Of a DNA stretch of 64,000 bases, positions 26,380-38,814 are shown piece by piece. Both the position numbers and the translations under genes were made by a program. The number at the start of each line of letters is the position of its first letter. The stretch's first letter is position 1. The notes below the pieces were generated by a model, which was given only the letters and a program-made list of their open reading frames with translations, did no database searches and had not been told where the DNA came from. The stretch is from Phoronis australis (taxonomy: Eukaryota; Animalia; Phoronida): assembly GCA_002633005.1 (NCBI GenBank), contig NMRA01000134.1:162204-226203 (forward strand). Reading direction: 5' to 3'.

Positions 26380-28110
26380 TAACCGTAGGGCGTATTTAGA
26401 CATTATGTATGACGCCATTCACTACCCGTTAACACGCTTATTTTTGACGGAATTCAAATTTGAACGCTTTTTGCGACAATATCCAAATTTTAATGTGTCT
26501 GACGCAAAGTTGGGAAGTGAAAAAATATTGAAGCACCTTCCGAAACCTTCTAGTACCTGTAACCAGAAACACATCATTTCTTCCCTCTGGCTACGTCCTC
26601 GTACAGATATGGCCAACATGCTTTAAAGCTTCTAACTTTTACTGCTCATAAAAACTAAATATTTGGAAATCATGTATATCTTCCTTTTCTGCTATACTGT
26701 AGCACATTTTCCAGTCTTACTATACAGGAACATTAGGGACTCCCATAACGCATGTTTTGGAACTAAACTGAGACTCCCTGCATTGTGAGCAATAAACAAG
26801 ATAAACTGATGACAATCACAACCTTCGGTGGTATCACTGAAAGTTTTCATAAATGGCTCAAGTTCACAGCTTATCCTCAATTAACTGAGAAAAAAATCTG
26901 TACGCAAATCGTGCTGTCGAGCGATTCTTATAATTAGAAGAACGCACGACATGAAAGTGGTTTTTAAAACTGCCCCAAAAGACATTATGGTGCTAACAGT
27001 AGCAGTTCTGAGCGAAGCAATTCCAAGAACGGATGATGTTGCTACAAAGACAGAAAAACGTTGCGAACTTTCTGTCCTATATTTCACGACCGCACTGCTG
27101 ATAAGACAACAGACTTTCTGAGAACGGAAGTTATTTTGTAATGCAGTGACGTCAAATGACAGACTGCTAATTCAACTACAATATCTTTCAAAAGTGCTCT
27201 ATAAGTGACCATGAGACCTGTCGAATGTACTATGAATTAACCATTCACACATTTCGTATTCTTCACAAAACACGCAGACCCTTGTAGTCTCCGCGGTGAT
27301 CAAGGTTCTTTTCTGGAACAAGGGGTTCCACACAGATTTAATTTATCGCTGCTAATATTTTGTATTTTGGTATTTGCCTACTACAGCCGTTACAGCCGCC
27401 TATAGAAAGTTTGCTCTGACAAAAATGGTTTACTGAAAAGCCACCTCTAATTAAATTAATGATTGAAATCCTTTTCAAAAATGATTAATTTCGTTGTAAT
27501 ATATCAGTTTTATGTTTTTAACGATTTTTTACTCATTTCCTTACGTCGGCGTAAGAAAGCGTTTTATGGATTTGGGGTACCTCAAGTGTTAGAATTTTGG
27601 CTTCTACACAATACGTTTCACCGCCTAGTTTCTCTTTTAAGCTTCATTTTGACGCCCATCGCATATTCTATGAAACGAGAAAAATATGGGGAAGCCGACT
27701 TGCGTTCAAACAGCGTCACAAAAGAATGCACAATTCGACCTTCTCAAGAGCGCGCCAATTTCAAATTCACGATTACCCCGCAGCATTTCACTTGATGGCG
27801 CTTGTGAGATTGTGCTGTGTTTGTGAAATAAGCTCAGTTGTTGGGTAAAATCTGAAACGAGAAGTTTTTATAATAAATTCGAAATTTCTGTTTGTGGAGG
27901 ACGGTATCAGATAGATCTGAAACGCCTTTGTCCTGAAAGTAGGAAAACATATTGTTACACTGGCCACGTTTTAGAAATGTAGAGCTGATTTTAGGAATCA
28001 TATAGGAAAATATCACTTCCACGGATACTTCTCAGGTTTATCCAACACTCTGTTGTCATAAATGCAGCCCACAGCGCAGCAGTAATACTTCGTTGACAAT
28101 GGAAGGTCGA
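26380..28110 (-). pseudogene. Highly decayed THAP-type DNA transposase remnant
   Basis: YCCAVGC..DN (THAP-like N-terminus) in ORF 28013..28219; downstream fragments are only weakly suggestive. Confidence 0.3.
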
Positions 28111-31100
28111 ATGCAGTTAATGTAGTAGATAAAAGCTTGAAAAAAGCAAAGCACCTACAAATAACATGAGAAACTGAAATAGCGCGGAAACGATAACTGC
28201 TTGACGGATGTTGCAGCATTGTGGGTAACTAACGCGAGACTGAAGAGTACGGCTCTCAAGTTCACAGTGCTACGAAAGGTAGCACTGTGGAATGTTGTTT
28301 ACCATGGCTTCTCATTGGTTAAAGTAATGAAACCGACGCCAACATTCAGTCACTCCCATTGGTTGAAATCTGGGAAACCCCTTTCAGTTTATTCTTACGT
28401 TTTATGGCGACCACCTTTGACTTGAATCAGTTGCAATTTATTAAAACGGGCAGTGGTGGAAGTAAACAAAATCAAGGAAACCCCGATCCCGTGGCTAAGC
28501 CCAATAAATACAGTGCATTGAAGACGTGTGCAAGTGGTGGCGATGTGATCGATAAACTTCTGAAGAAGCATGCGCATCGATGCCCACACACAGAATTCCG
28601 TGTGTCGTTCATCATTTTTCCACAGCACCACTTTTCAGTATAGATGTCGCTGTGTCAGAGGGTAGTGAAACTCCAGTAGCACGAAAACGAGGCAGCAAAT
28701 GTGCCTGACGGATGTTTACGGCATTGTGGGTAAATACAGCGAGATTCAAGTGCAGCCTCGTCGGCTTAGTCATTTCATGAAGCTTGGTTATGGGAAATCA
28801 AATGGGTCAGAATTCTGACACATTTTAAGGAAATCGCCGGAATATCACCAGTTATACTAACTTTGAAATTTTCTGCAGTATAATATAAAAGTGAAAACTA
28901 ACTGTATATTGGAGTAATTTAGGTCTAAGCTATTACAAAAATGATGTAATTTGATTCGAAAACAGATTCATTTCTATGATACTATTACCGGTAATAAAAA
29001 ATTGGAAATAAGTACGGGACAGCCTTTGCTTCAAACAATAACCAAAACAATACATTCTGCCTCATGAATGGCAGCAACAACACCTGTGAAACTAATTAAA
29101 ATCTGCCTTTGTTTTAATGACGTCAAAGCAGCGGCCAATCATTGTGCAGAAGCCTCAAATGGTTAAACCGATCAGCGCCATCTTGAGACCTGGGGACGAG
29201 GCTATATTCGAGAGTTGCTGTGTAATCCGGAACGGCCCTATTCTACAAATTTTCGTGGGCAGAAACAAATAAGCACTCCATCTCAACCGACAGCAGTTTT
29301 TAAAGCACCATGACCAGGAAGTGTGCAGTCTATATAAAAGAGTAGAAAAAGAGACAAAAGTCCACTAAAAAGGCAGGAACTACATAACTTCGGCGAATGC
29401 ACAATTCATATCTCTTAACGTACCCCGTTTTTATTTTTATTTTTTGTATTTAGTAAAAGGTCCACATTCTCAAAAATTCGAGCTCCCCCATTTTCTAGTC
29501 TGGGTGCGCGCATGGATGTGACTGTAATCCTACAACTGTGAAACGTGTGTACCCACACGAAATAACGAAGTGTCGTGTTTTGCTTTTGTTCATCGTTTCA
29601 AGTTGAAAACGATACGCGTGGACGGCAGCATTGTAGCACTTGTCGGTGCTCATGGAGAAATAATGTCGACGTCATAACCTTTCTATATCTTGCGGTCTAC
29701 TGGTGCGGTTCGTGAGGGAGGAAGATAAACTGGTCTGATGGAGTGTTGTAATCATAACAACGGGACCAGGAGAAATGGCCCCCTGTCACGGTGTTCAGAC
29801 TGAGAAGCCCGTATAAAAACCCTCCGCCAAAACAAAACTGTCAACGATATGTCGTATTTCACATCTGTTTTTGATGTGGAGCTTGGGGAATATTTTTAGA
29901 ACTTCACACGTGACTTCGCCGTTGGCATGCTGAGCGAACTGCCAATCATTTCGTGAGCTCGAAGTTCTCACGAAACATCAACAGACCTTCGCGTTCCGTT
30001 ACTTGAAACAAAAAAGGTATGCGTTCGCTTTTTCTAAAATAACATTAGAATCACAGGATGAATATTTTTCAATTCTGTTTCTCTGTCTTTCGCAGGTGCC
30101 AGAACAAGGGAGGTATTTGTAAAGTCAGTCTTCTCTTTTATAAATTCCCAAACGTACTGACACTCGCATTTATTGAAACAACGAAGATAAAAGTTACTTT
30201 TAACGCTAAAAATTCAGTCGTAAATTGTTCCATCATCAATGGGCGTTTTCTTCAAAATAGCTATCGGACCACACCATCCAAATTTCCCGCTCTTTGACAC
30301 GGCCAAATTCAGATATATTATTCTAATTTCCCACGCGATATTTTCCCGGTCCATTAAAAACAAAAACGGGACGTTTCATGTTTTTTGCGGCACCCACAAT
30401 TTCTCATTCAACTATAAAAAAAAAATCGCGGTTGGGCATTTTTGGGTGTTACATCTCCCGTTCGACAAAAAACGCTGTCGGTACGTCTTTGTGTGTTGTA
30501 GCGAACATTCGCTCGCAGTACGTTTTGGCTGACCCAGAAGTCCCGCTTTTTATCCAGCATTCCTACTTTTCAATCCATTTGTTCCGTTTTTCGTTCTTGA
30601 ATGTTGATCGTGACAACTATACAGCTGGTGTTTAAGAACCATTGTCTCTTTTATGAATATTGCTGTTTTCCAAAGTTCATTTTCTTTTGTAACAATCGTA
30701 AAAACGTGTTCCAACATCCAATGCTGTCTTGTTTATGGTAATGAAAACTACATTTATCAGCATCACCAGCTTTTACGTTCTGAGGAAGAGTTTATTTATA
30801 AACTGCAACCAATGTGAGGAGCTATCCATATTACATTTCAGAGCTACGTGATAGATGCTTGCCCATTTTTATCTATCAGAAAACCTTTATCTGCAAATTT
30901 CGGATAGATACTTGGAGTTGTTTATCGCGTTTTTCGTAAATGTAACTGCATTCTGAATTTTTGATAGATAATGTAAATGGCACCAAAGGTCCACTTAATC
31001 CTAATATATAAAGATGTATAATTTTATCAATGCCTCACTAAATTATCCACATCAAGTGCGAGGGATCCATATTCTTTGTCTTTATAGGGCAGAATGTTTT

Positions 31101-32639
31101 GAATCAATCCACAATGACATAACCAGTCATTTATATAACATCTCTGGTCCATTTCCTTTTTATGTTATTATTACACACACTCAGTTATTTTTCCCATTTT
31201 GATGACATTCTTGGTTTTTGACATTAAAAATATTGGTAAACCAGTCAAGTATGCGAAATGATAATTACTTGTTTTTAACATTAAAAAATAGTGGTAACCC
31301 AGTCAAGTATGCGAAATGATAATTACTTACCAATTGAATTATTTATCTTTTGCTTCTGGTCCAATAAGTTAACAAGACTAATCTCATTAGTCGCCGCCAT
31401 TATTACGTCATGGACCGTGGCGACACCTAGCGGCGTATGTGCGCCGACGAGGTACGCGAGGTCGGTCGACTACCATGGCCGATTTTAGTTTGTAAAATTC
31501 AACATTGTGAAAGGCCTTTCTTTAAAATATTGAGAAAAAATATGAGCAGTGTATTGGAAAAATACACATAGGCAAAATATAGGGTAAATCAAGAAACATT
31601 TGGGCAACAAAAGATGATATAAATTACGAGAAATACATATCATAAGCAAGAGGCTGACTCAGTGATCAGAGGTGAGCAGGTGAGAGATGACTGGAGAGTC
31701 GGCAGGTAAAAAACCTGTAGGATTTTGTCCCGGGAGGTCAGGGAAGTAATAAACATAAGATAAAGTTGCTGAAGAAGAGGTAGGAGCAAAAACGGGGGGG
31801 CCCCTCAACCAAAAGGTTGGAGGCAGAGATAGCTTTCTGCCTTCCCAACATTCCATGTGTTAATATCAATTAATTAAGAATTGATAATTAAAACTTTCAA
31901 CACACAAACTTTAAAAATAAAATTGAAAAATTAACAGACTCTCCTCCCGCAGCCAATGTCCAAAAACTGCCCTCTTACGCCATCCAAACACGGGTTCAGA
32001 TCTTTGTTTCGAAAATTCACACCTCACTACATTCTACATTCAAGCACGCTGTTACATGAATCAGTCCCAAATAGCGACTCAAGAAGGGCGGGTCCAGGAT
32101 TTTTTGAAAAGAAGGGGGGATCGGATTAAAGATTTTTCAAAAAGGGTGGTCCAAGTAAACAATTTGAAATTTCTAGATTTAATATCACTAAAATAAAAGG
32201 AAAATAGGGAATCCGGACCCCTTTGACTCCACATGAATCCGCCTGTGATCAACTGAGTTGCCTAAATCTTTTGCAAATTTGTTTCTTTCTTTACTCACAG
32301 TTGATACAGTTTTCTATCATTTTATCTTTACTACGAGCTCCTCTTTGGACTTATGACTTCTTCTAATAATACAACTAAAACAGCGACCTTGATTCAGTCA
32401 AATATTTAGGGAATTAATCCTTCAATTAGGGGCGTTACATGAAAAGTTCCCTGCTTGTTTTCAACAATATAGAAAACTCACAACTACGCGGTAGATTTAG
32501 GAAACATGGCACAGTCGCTATTTGGGACTGTCTACGTTTCACTCTCGACACGTGGTGAGACCTCGTCCACTCCACGAGTCTTTTCACATAGAAGCAAGCC
32601 CATTCTGTACAATTCATCATTTTCCGTGCGATGTTATAA

Positions 32640-33305
32640 TGCACATTTATCCCATACTCGTTGAATCAGTCTAGTGCAATACGGCCATGTAATAATGTTT
32701 TCCGTATTCACCTCCCGCACTACTTCAACAGTGACCTCTGACATGAAAAGAAAAAGATATGCCAATGTCGCCTCGACGTCGTTAGCCGGTTCGATCATCA
32801 AACTTTCCGAAAATAGTATAAAGTAATACAATTGCAGCAGGGTAAATAGCACTCAACATGCAATCAAGTCCCAATCGTAACATCTGGGACAGGACTGTTA
32901 ATTATATGACAATTCTGTCTCAGTTTTCAATATTATATCGTCTGCAACTCAGGCGCCGGATTCCAAGGTAACTATAATATCAAATATTGTTGTTATTAAC
33001 TATTTTCGGGAGATGTTACACGTTCAATCCACAATTACCATTGTTTTCATCTTTGTTATCTCTCTTCAAGTGATAAATCGTTACATTTAAAACCCTTTCT
33101 TTTGCAAGAGAAAACTTGCAACCTAACGCGCACGTACATACACATAGGATGTGATCCGCCATGTGAACAGACTGTTCACGTGGCGGATCATATCCTATAT
33201 GTGTGTACTTGCGTGTTAGGTTGCAAGTTTTCTCTAGTAAAAGAAAGGGTTTTAAATGTAACGATTTATTACTTGAAAAGAGATAAAAAAGATGAAAGCA
33301 ACGGT
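32640..33305. mobile_element. Dispersed element X (second copy 38602-38810 + 40471-40765) ending in a ~260-bp palindrome centred at 33170
   Basis: 32640-33170 aligns by eye to the 38.6-40.8 kb copy. 33040-33300 is an imperfect palindrome (...GATCCGCCATGTGAACAG A CTGTTCACGTGGCGGATC...). Confidence 0.8.
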
Positions 33306-33679
33306 CGCTGTACCTAATATCGAGTATGTGTTTTTACTGACAGTTGTTTGCTCACAGCCTTCCCTCGACACTCCCTCACTGAGCGTAAAATCTGCTTTTC
33401 GCGATAGTCCGTACCTCAAATTCCGCGAATCAACGGTTGTGTGGTCAATACGGGGGAAATATTTGTATTACTGTTTCCGTTCCAGAAGCTAAGAAACGAA
33501 AATATACCTAGAAAACGAAGATGAAATGACACACTGCTGCACAACTGTTCAGCTAATATTAAACTTTTATATTACCGAACTTTTATTATTATTAAATGGT
33601 TCACTGTTTTAACTTGTAATATGTTTCACAAACTAAAATTCTTATGAATCTATTATGAAATGAAACTTTACAAGTTATT

Positions 33680-33725
33680 CACACACACGCACGCACGTAC
33701 ACGCACACGCACACCCACACACATA
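33680..33725. repeat. (CA)/(CACG) microsatellite
   Basis: Directly visible. Confidence 0.85.
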
Positions 33726-35158
33726 CATATAATATCATTTACCAAGCCAAAGAGCATGGCAACAAGACATCGCTGCGATGCAAATAAGTACATTTACATG
33801 GGATAAACAGTTGTTCTACATAAATATGAATACTATACTGAGTCAACGTATCTGGAATATATTTCATCTGGTAGTAGTCGATACGATGTGGCAGTAGCAT
33901 TCCTATGTAACCTATTTGTACATATGTGTGTGTGCCTGTGCGTGTGTGTAGTAGTGTACACGATAAGGACGAACTTCGTATCGAACGAGCATGCACAGAA
34001 AACAACGCGGAAATCGACATTTAGTGAGTCCGCTCAAAAATTTCAACAAAGGGAGAACTTACGAAAATGAGAGGCAGAAAAAGTTATCAAAAGCAGAAAA
34101 CATGTGCGCCTCCGGGGGGTGTGGGCTCGAACGAGCCCCCATTTGGCGATGAGGCCAAAAAGGTCCACCTCAGGGAAACAAAAAGTCCGAGAAAACTAGA
34201 CAAAAGTTCACTAAAAAGGCGCAGACGTACAGTAAAGATGGTACCCCGTTTTTTAGTCCTCCCGCTTTTTTGCTTTTGTTTTAGTAAGAGGTCCACATCG
34301 CCACATCGTCAGGAATTCGAGCCCCCATATTAAAGGCTGGGTGCGCTCATGGAAATGTGGCTTGTCGTAGCCAATACTCAACTTGTTGCATTTTATGCCT
34401 GATATTAGAAGATAATGTCATTCCTTTTCCGACTGGTTACATGTGGGGTATCCTTGGTACAAAATTGAATAAATATGATTGACGTTAGTCTTCATACACC
34501 TGGTTGGGTGGCAACATAGATTATAGACATCAGATTCGCAACTACGACAGTTTCTTGCGTAGTATCCTAGACTGAGGCGCCACTCTCTTAAATTACCAAT
34601 TTCAGTTTCCGGTTCATGTGACGGGAAATTCTCGCATCTATTTTATTGTCCAGTATAACGAAAAAAAATCGGCATTGAAACGCTGTTCAAAGTCTTCCAA
34701 TAGTAGAACTGTTGGTATCGTGAGCATTTTGACAATGCCACTGGTCATGTAACTGCAAAATTCAAACTTCAGTGCCCATTGATTTTGTCGTCTGCTTGCA
34801 CAATAGTACATACTTAGGGCCTACTTCGGACAGTTTGGGATTCAAAGTTCACGTACTGAGCAAATTTCAGAAATATATTAATTTTGTTCGGATTAATAAC
34901 GTAGAAAATATATCTGAAACTAAATAAGGCGATCCAGATCCTCCCAAGGATACTATTGTTTCATGAAATGAAGAATATAAATCGGTAAATAAAACAACAA
35001 GAATGGATCAACTGAAATTTGAAATTTTCGGAGGTAACAACTTCCTTTATCAACAAAAACAGAAATAAAGTAAAATCAAACACAAAATGACAATTGACAT
35101 ATAAGATATGGTGTAATGAAAATGATACATTTTTGCGTAAAAAATTCAATGACATATT

Positions 35159-35986
35159 TTAAGAAGTTTTTATGTTCAATCCATGAGGTTCTATTGTATT
35201 CAGTTTGTCTATCCAATATTGTTCTCTTTTAAGTCTGTGAGGGGTACTGGGGTGTTGGAGTTTTTCTATTATTTGTACAGAAAGATCTTGAATATTATGG
35301 TTTTTGGAATTGAAATGATTACCTATAGTATCAGAAATGTTTTTATGTATTATGTTAAATCTATGATTACGAAACCGAGTTTGTAGATTATGTTGAGTTT
35401 GTCCTACGTATTGGATAGAACATTTTTTACAAGTTATAAGGTAAATAATATTGTTGGTGGTGCAATCAGAATAATGTTTTATTTCAAAGTTTTCATTGGT
35501 TTGGGAAGACTGGAAAAAAGTGCTATCGTTGATGAAGTTACACATTTTACACCTAGTTTTGTTACATTGTGTGTTGCCAATAGGTTTGTCAGTTTGGTGT
35601 ATATTGTCGATATTAGCTTTAACTAAATAATTTTTTAGATTTTTACATTTTCTCCAAGAAATTATAGGGGGATGAGGAAATAGGTTTTTCATTTGAGGGG
35701 AAATATGCAGTGTAGAAAGATGTTTTTTGAAGACGTGGCTAATTCCGTTTAAACATGGATTGAACATAGTTATGAAAGGTATTCTATTAGTAGTATTGCC
35801 TTTAGTTTTAGTTCTTAAAGATTCATTTCGAGTAATTGAGCGGACTTTGTCAAACTGTTTGTGTATAAGATGTAAGGGGAAATGACGTTGAATTAGATAG
35901 TACTTGAGTTCTTTTAAACGGTTATTAAAGGAAGTTTCTTCTGAACAAATGCGTCGAATTCTTAGGGCAAGGCTATATGGAAGGAT
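35159..35986 (-). mobile_element. 5'-truncated Penelope-like retroelement: RT C-terminal region plus GIY-YIG endonuclease, reading frame still open
   Basis: LPYSLALRIRRICS...RIPFITMFNP...CNKTRCKMC...NIIYLITCKKCSIQYVGQT...RFRNH...HF...REQYWIDKLNTIEPHGLN, which are hallmark Penelope EN motifs. Confidence 0.92.
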
Positions 35987-37392
35987 TAAAAAATGCGCCT
36001 CTGCAACGATTTCACTGGTCTAACTTCCGTAAACATTCTGAAGTGAGCAGTTCTTTTGGGAAGTGTTAAGTGGCCCTTAAAAGGGCCGTTGGTTGTATTG
36101 TGCATGAGCCTTAGGTAAAGTGTGAATAATTCAACATAAATCACACAGTATACCGTTCTCACTCAAGTACTGAAGGTCCTCTTGATTCAAGTTTTCATCA
36201 GGGAAGGTTGGATGAGAACAAAGAAGACGACAATATCGATGTAGATGTGGTTACCATTCACCAACGTTGTCACGAACCCTGTCTCGTTCAGTTCTTGTTC
36301 CTGAATCCACAAGTAATCCTGAACCGTAGGGAAAAACAGGGGCAGATCCAGGATTTTGAGTTAGGGGGAGACAGGGCAGAGTATTAGCCAGGATTTTGTC
36401 CTTCACACATTCTCACCCCCGAACTGCCAAATGGAATCTGGGAGAATTTAAGGGGAGGTGGGCATGGCCCCCTCGGCCCCCCTCTAAATCCGCCACTGAA
36501 AAAGACAGACAATAAAATTCGAAAATCGTCGCTTTCGTTCTATTCCGTGTTGCTTTCACCAGATTAACATTCTTCTCCAACATCCACCTACCAAAATCAA
36601 CGTTCTAATCCATTTTTAAGAAAGGTGTGCACTGTTTTCGTCTCTTGTTGATAGTGCTTAATTTTTGTTTTTACAATGCATTAATGGTGTTGAATGCATT
36701 TAGATGAACTGGCCTCATTGAGTTGAACAGAAACACTATAAAGTTCTTAAAATAGATAGAGCAACAACAGGACTCACTAAGAATTAGTTACTTACGGAGG
36801 GAAAATGATAGGCCTAGTCACTGTGCACGTGTGCACTGAACGTTTTGTATCTTATTTTTATTTGGACAATCTTTTGATACAGCAAATTTCCTTATTTATG
36901 CCCATCCTGATTTGAACGCAACTTAAGCTTCTTGGGTTCTATCATATTGGGGTTGGCATAGGGACCCACATGGTGCTTACTCGAATGGGCTTCATTTTTA
37001 TTAGCGTAGGTCCAGTAAATAAACAAAGTGGATGATTATCCTCTCCGGGATTTCATCATTAGCATTTTTTGCTGGGTGCTCAAGTTTTCACTGATTTTCA
37101 CATTTGTGTTTCGCTGAACGTCCAGTTCTGTGGTGTTATTTATACCAGACCAAACTTAAAAAAGAGACCCTTGTTTAAACCAGGAGCTGCATAGGGTGTA
37201 ATATGCGTTGCAAATTTTAATAAAAATGGACCTGTCTAGCAAACTACGGTAAATTCATAAAAGATTACGTGCAGTGCGACTGAAGTTCATACACAGTAAA
37301 ATTCTGGACTTCCAACCACTTGATCTGAATTGACATCTCAAATGTGAGTATGTAAACTGCTGTTAAAGTGCGAGATATGATTTTGAGTAGGC

Positions 37393-37990
37393 CAGGGCCC
37401 AGTTGCATAAAAGTTATACGCCGTATAGCAACAATGACGTTGCATTATCACGCGTCACGTTGTTATTGTTGAACAATGCACCTGAAGTCATGCAACAATC
37501 AAACTTATCCAGCGGATAACTTTTGAAGCTTTATGCAACTCAGCCCAGGTGGTTATTTCTGGAGTATTAATGTGATCTTTATTGATGTTAAGGCTCTACG
37601 AGCGTTCGATTTATTTGTACACGGATGTGAATTCGTCGGCGAAGTCGGTGATCCAAACAGGTTCGTATCCAGGATTTTGAGTCGGGGGGATCCTGACGAA
37701 ATCTCTGCATTCTGCTGAGACAGTAACCGCCTGGTCAGGGCCAGCGAAGATGACTCATTTGGTTTATTCGCTCACTTTACTATGGCTGAAGTTCCTCGTA
37801 AGGACAAGAGTTCATAAATCAGTTAGCGGATAATTTTCGTCAAAAAATTTACCTGGGCCCAGTTGCATAAATGTTATACGCCATATAGCAACAATGACAT
37901 CACGCGCTACGTTGCTGTTGTTGAACAATGAACCTGACGTCATGCAACAATCCAGCGGATAATTTTGAAGCTTTATGCAACCCAGCCAAG
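37393..37990. mobile_element. Two copies of a ~140-150-bp MITE (37393-37548, 37853-37990), Harbinger-like with CWG-type flanks
   Basis: Both read GGGCCCAGTTGCATAAA...TTTATGCAACYCAGCC and share internal sequence. Confidence 0.8.
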
Positions 37991-38357
37991 ATAATTTTTA
38001 TCAAAAAGGAGTACAGAACAATGAATATTTTAAGACAGGATTAAGTACCATCCGAGGCCCTAATCCTAAAGTCGGCAATGCCCTAAAGTCGTTAATCATC
38101 TCGTTTCCGCTTCGGGAAGGTCACGCGACATCTAGCGTTCAAGTTTCCACCGTTCGTCTGCTTACGATTTTCAAGAGTATCGGGACCATAGACATCCAGT
38201 ATTAAGATATCTATGATCGGGACACCTAGCTGCTTATAATGCAAAACAAAACAGTGAGAGTTTGTTTTCAAAAATGATACTTAAAACAGCATATTTTACT
38301 AATGCAGTTTCTTGGGCATTTTCAAAACATGTTTTTTAAACCAACCATCGTTCAGAT

Positions 38358-38414
38358 CTCGCTGGTTCCCTGTGAGCCGCTAGGTGGTCGGTAGGCAAGT
38401 AGGGAAACAGCGAG
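38358..38414. mobile_element. Second copy of the 57-bp hairpin micro-element, with 10-bp TSD (TCGTTCAGAT)
   Basis: CTCGCTGGTTCCCT...CCGCTAGGTGGT...AGGGAAACAGCGAG with identical 10-mer flanks. Confidence 0.85.
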
Positions 38415-38814
38415 TCGTTCAGATCTGATATAAAACGAAATCTTGGGGTTGCTAAAGCAACATGTCCCAGGGTCGACTACAATTTGTAAGGCCAAATGAA
38501 CTTAACAGACACATACTTTATGCTGGGTCCTTATCGTTCCTTAAAGCACGCTGACTCACAAAAGGCGTCACTGTACACATTTGTGCTATCCGAAACATAA
38601 TAATTTATCCCATACGCGTTGAATCAGTCGAGGGAAATACGGCCATGTAATAATGTTTTCCGTATTCACCTACCGCACTACTTCAACAGCGACCTCTGAC
38701 ATGGAAAGTTCAAAAGGTAGGTCAATGTCGATTGAACGTCGATAGCTGGTTCGATCATCAAACTTTCGGAAAATAGTAACGCAATTGCAACAGTGTGAGT
38801 AACAGTACACTTAA

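Larger units (their letters stand above)
29340..34353 (+). repeat. Dispersed repeat pair (~29350-29515 and ~34200-34353)
   Basis: Both carry CAAAAGT.CACTAAAAAGGC...GTACCCCGTTTT...TTTAGTAA.AGGTCCACAT...AATTCGAGC...CTGGGTGCGC.CATGG. Confidence 0.7.

Noticed and set aside
29870-30960. Possible very old Penelope-like RT on the minus strand
   Set aside because: Only faint motif echoes (TLDV-like) with many stops; not supportable without a profile search.
36150-37780. Exon-like minus-strand segments (~36153-36318, ~37600-37710)
   Set aside because: All frames of the first segment hit stops and no coherent gene model could be built; they could be non-coding exons.
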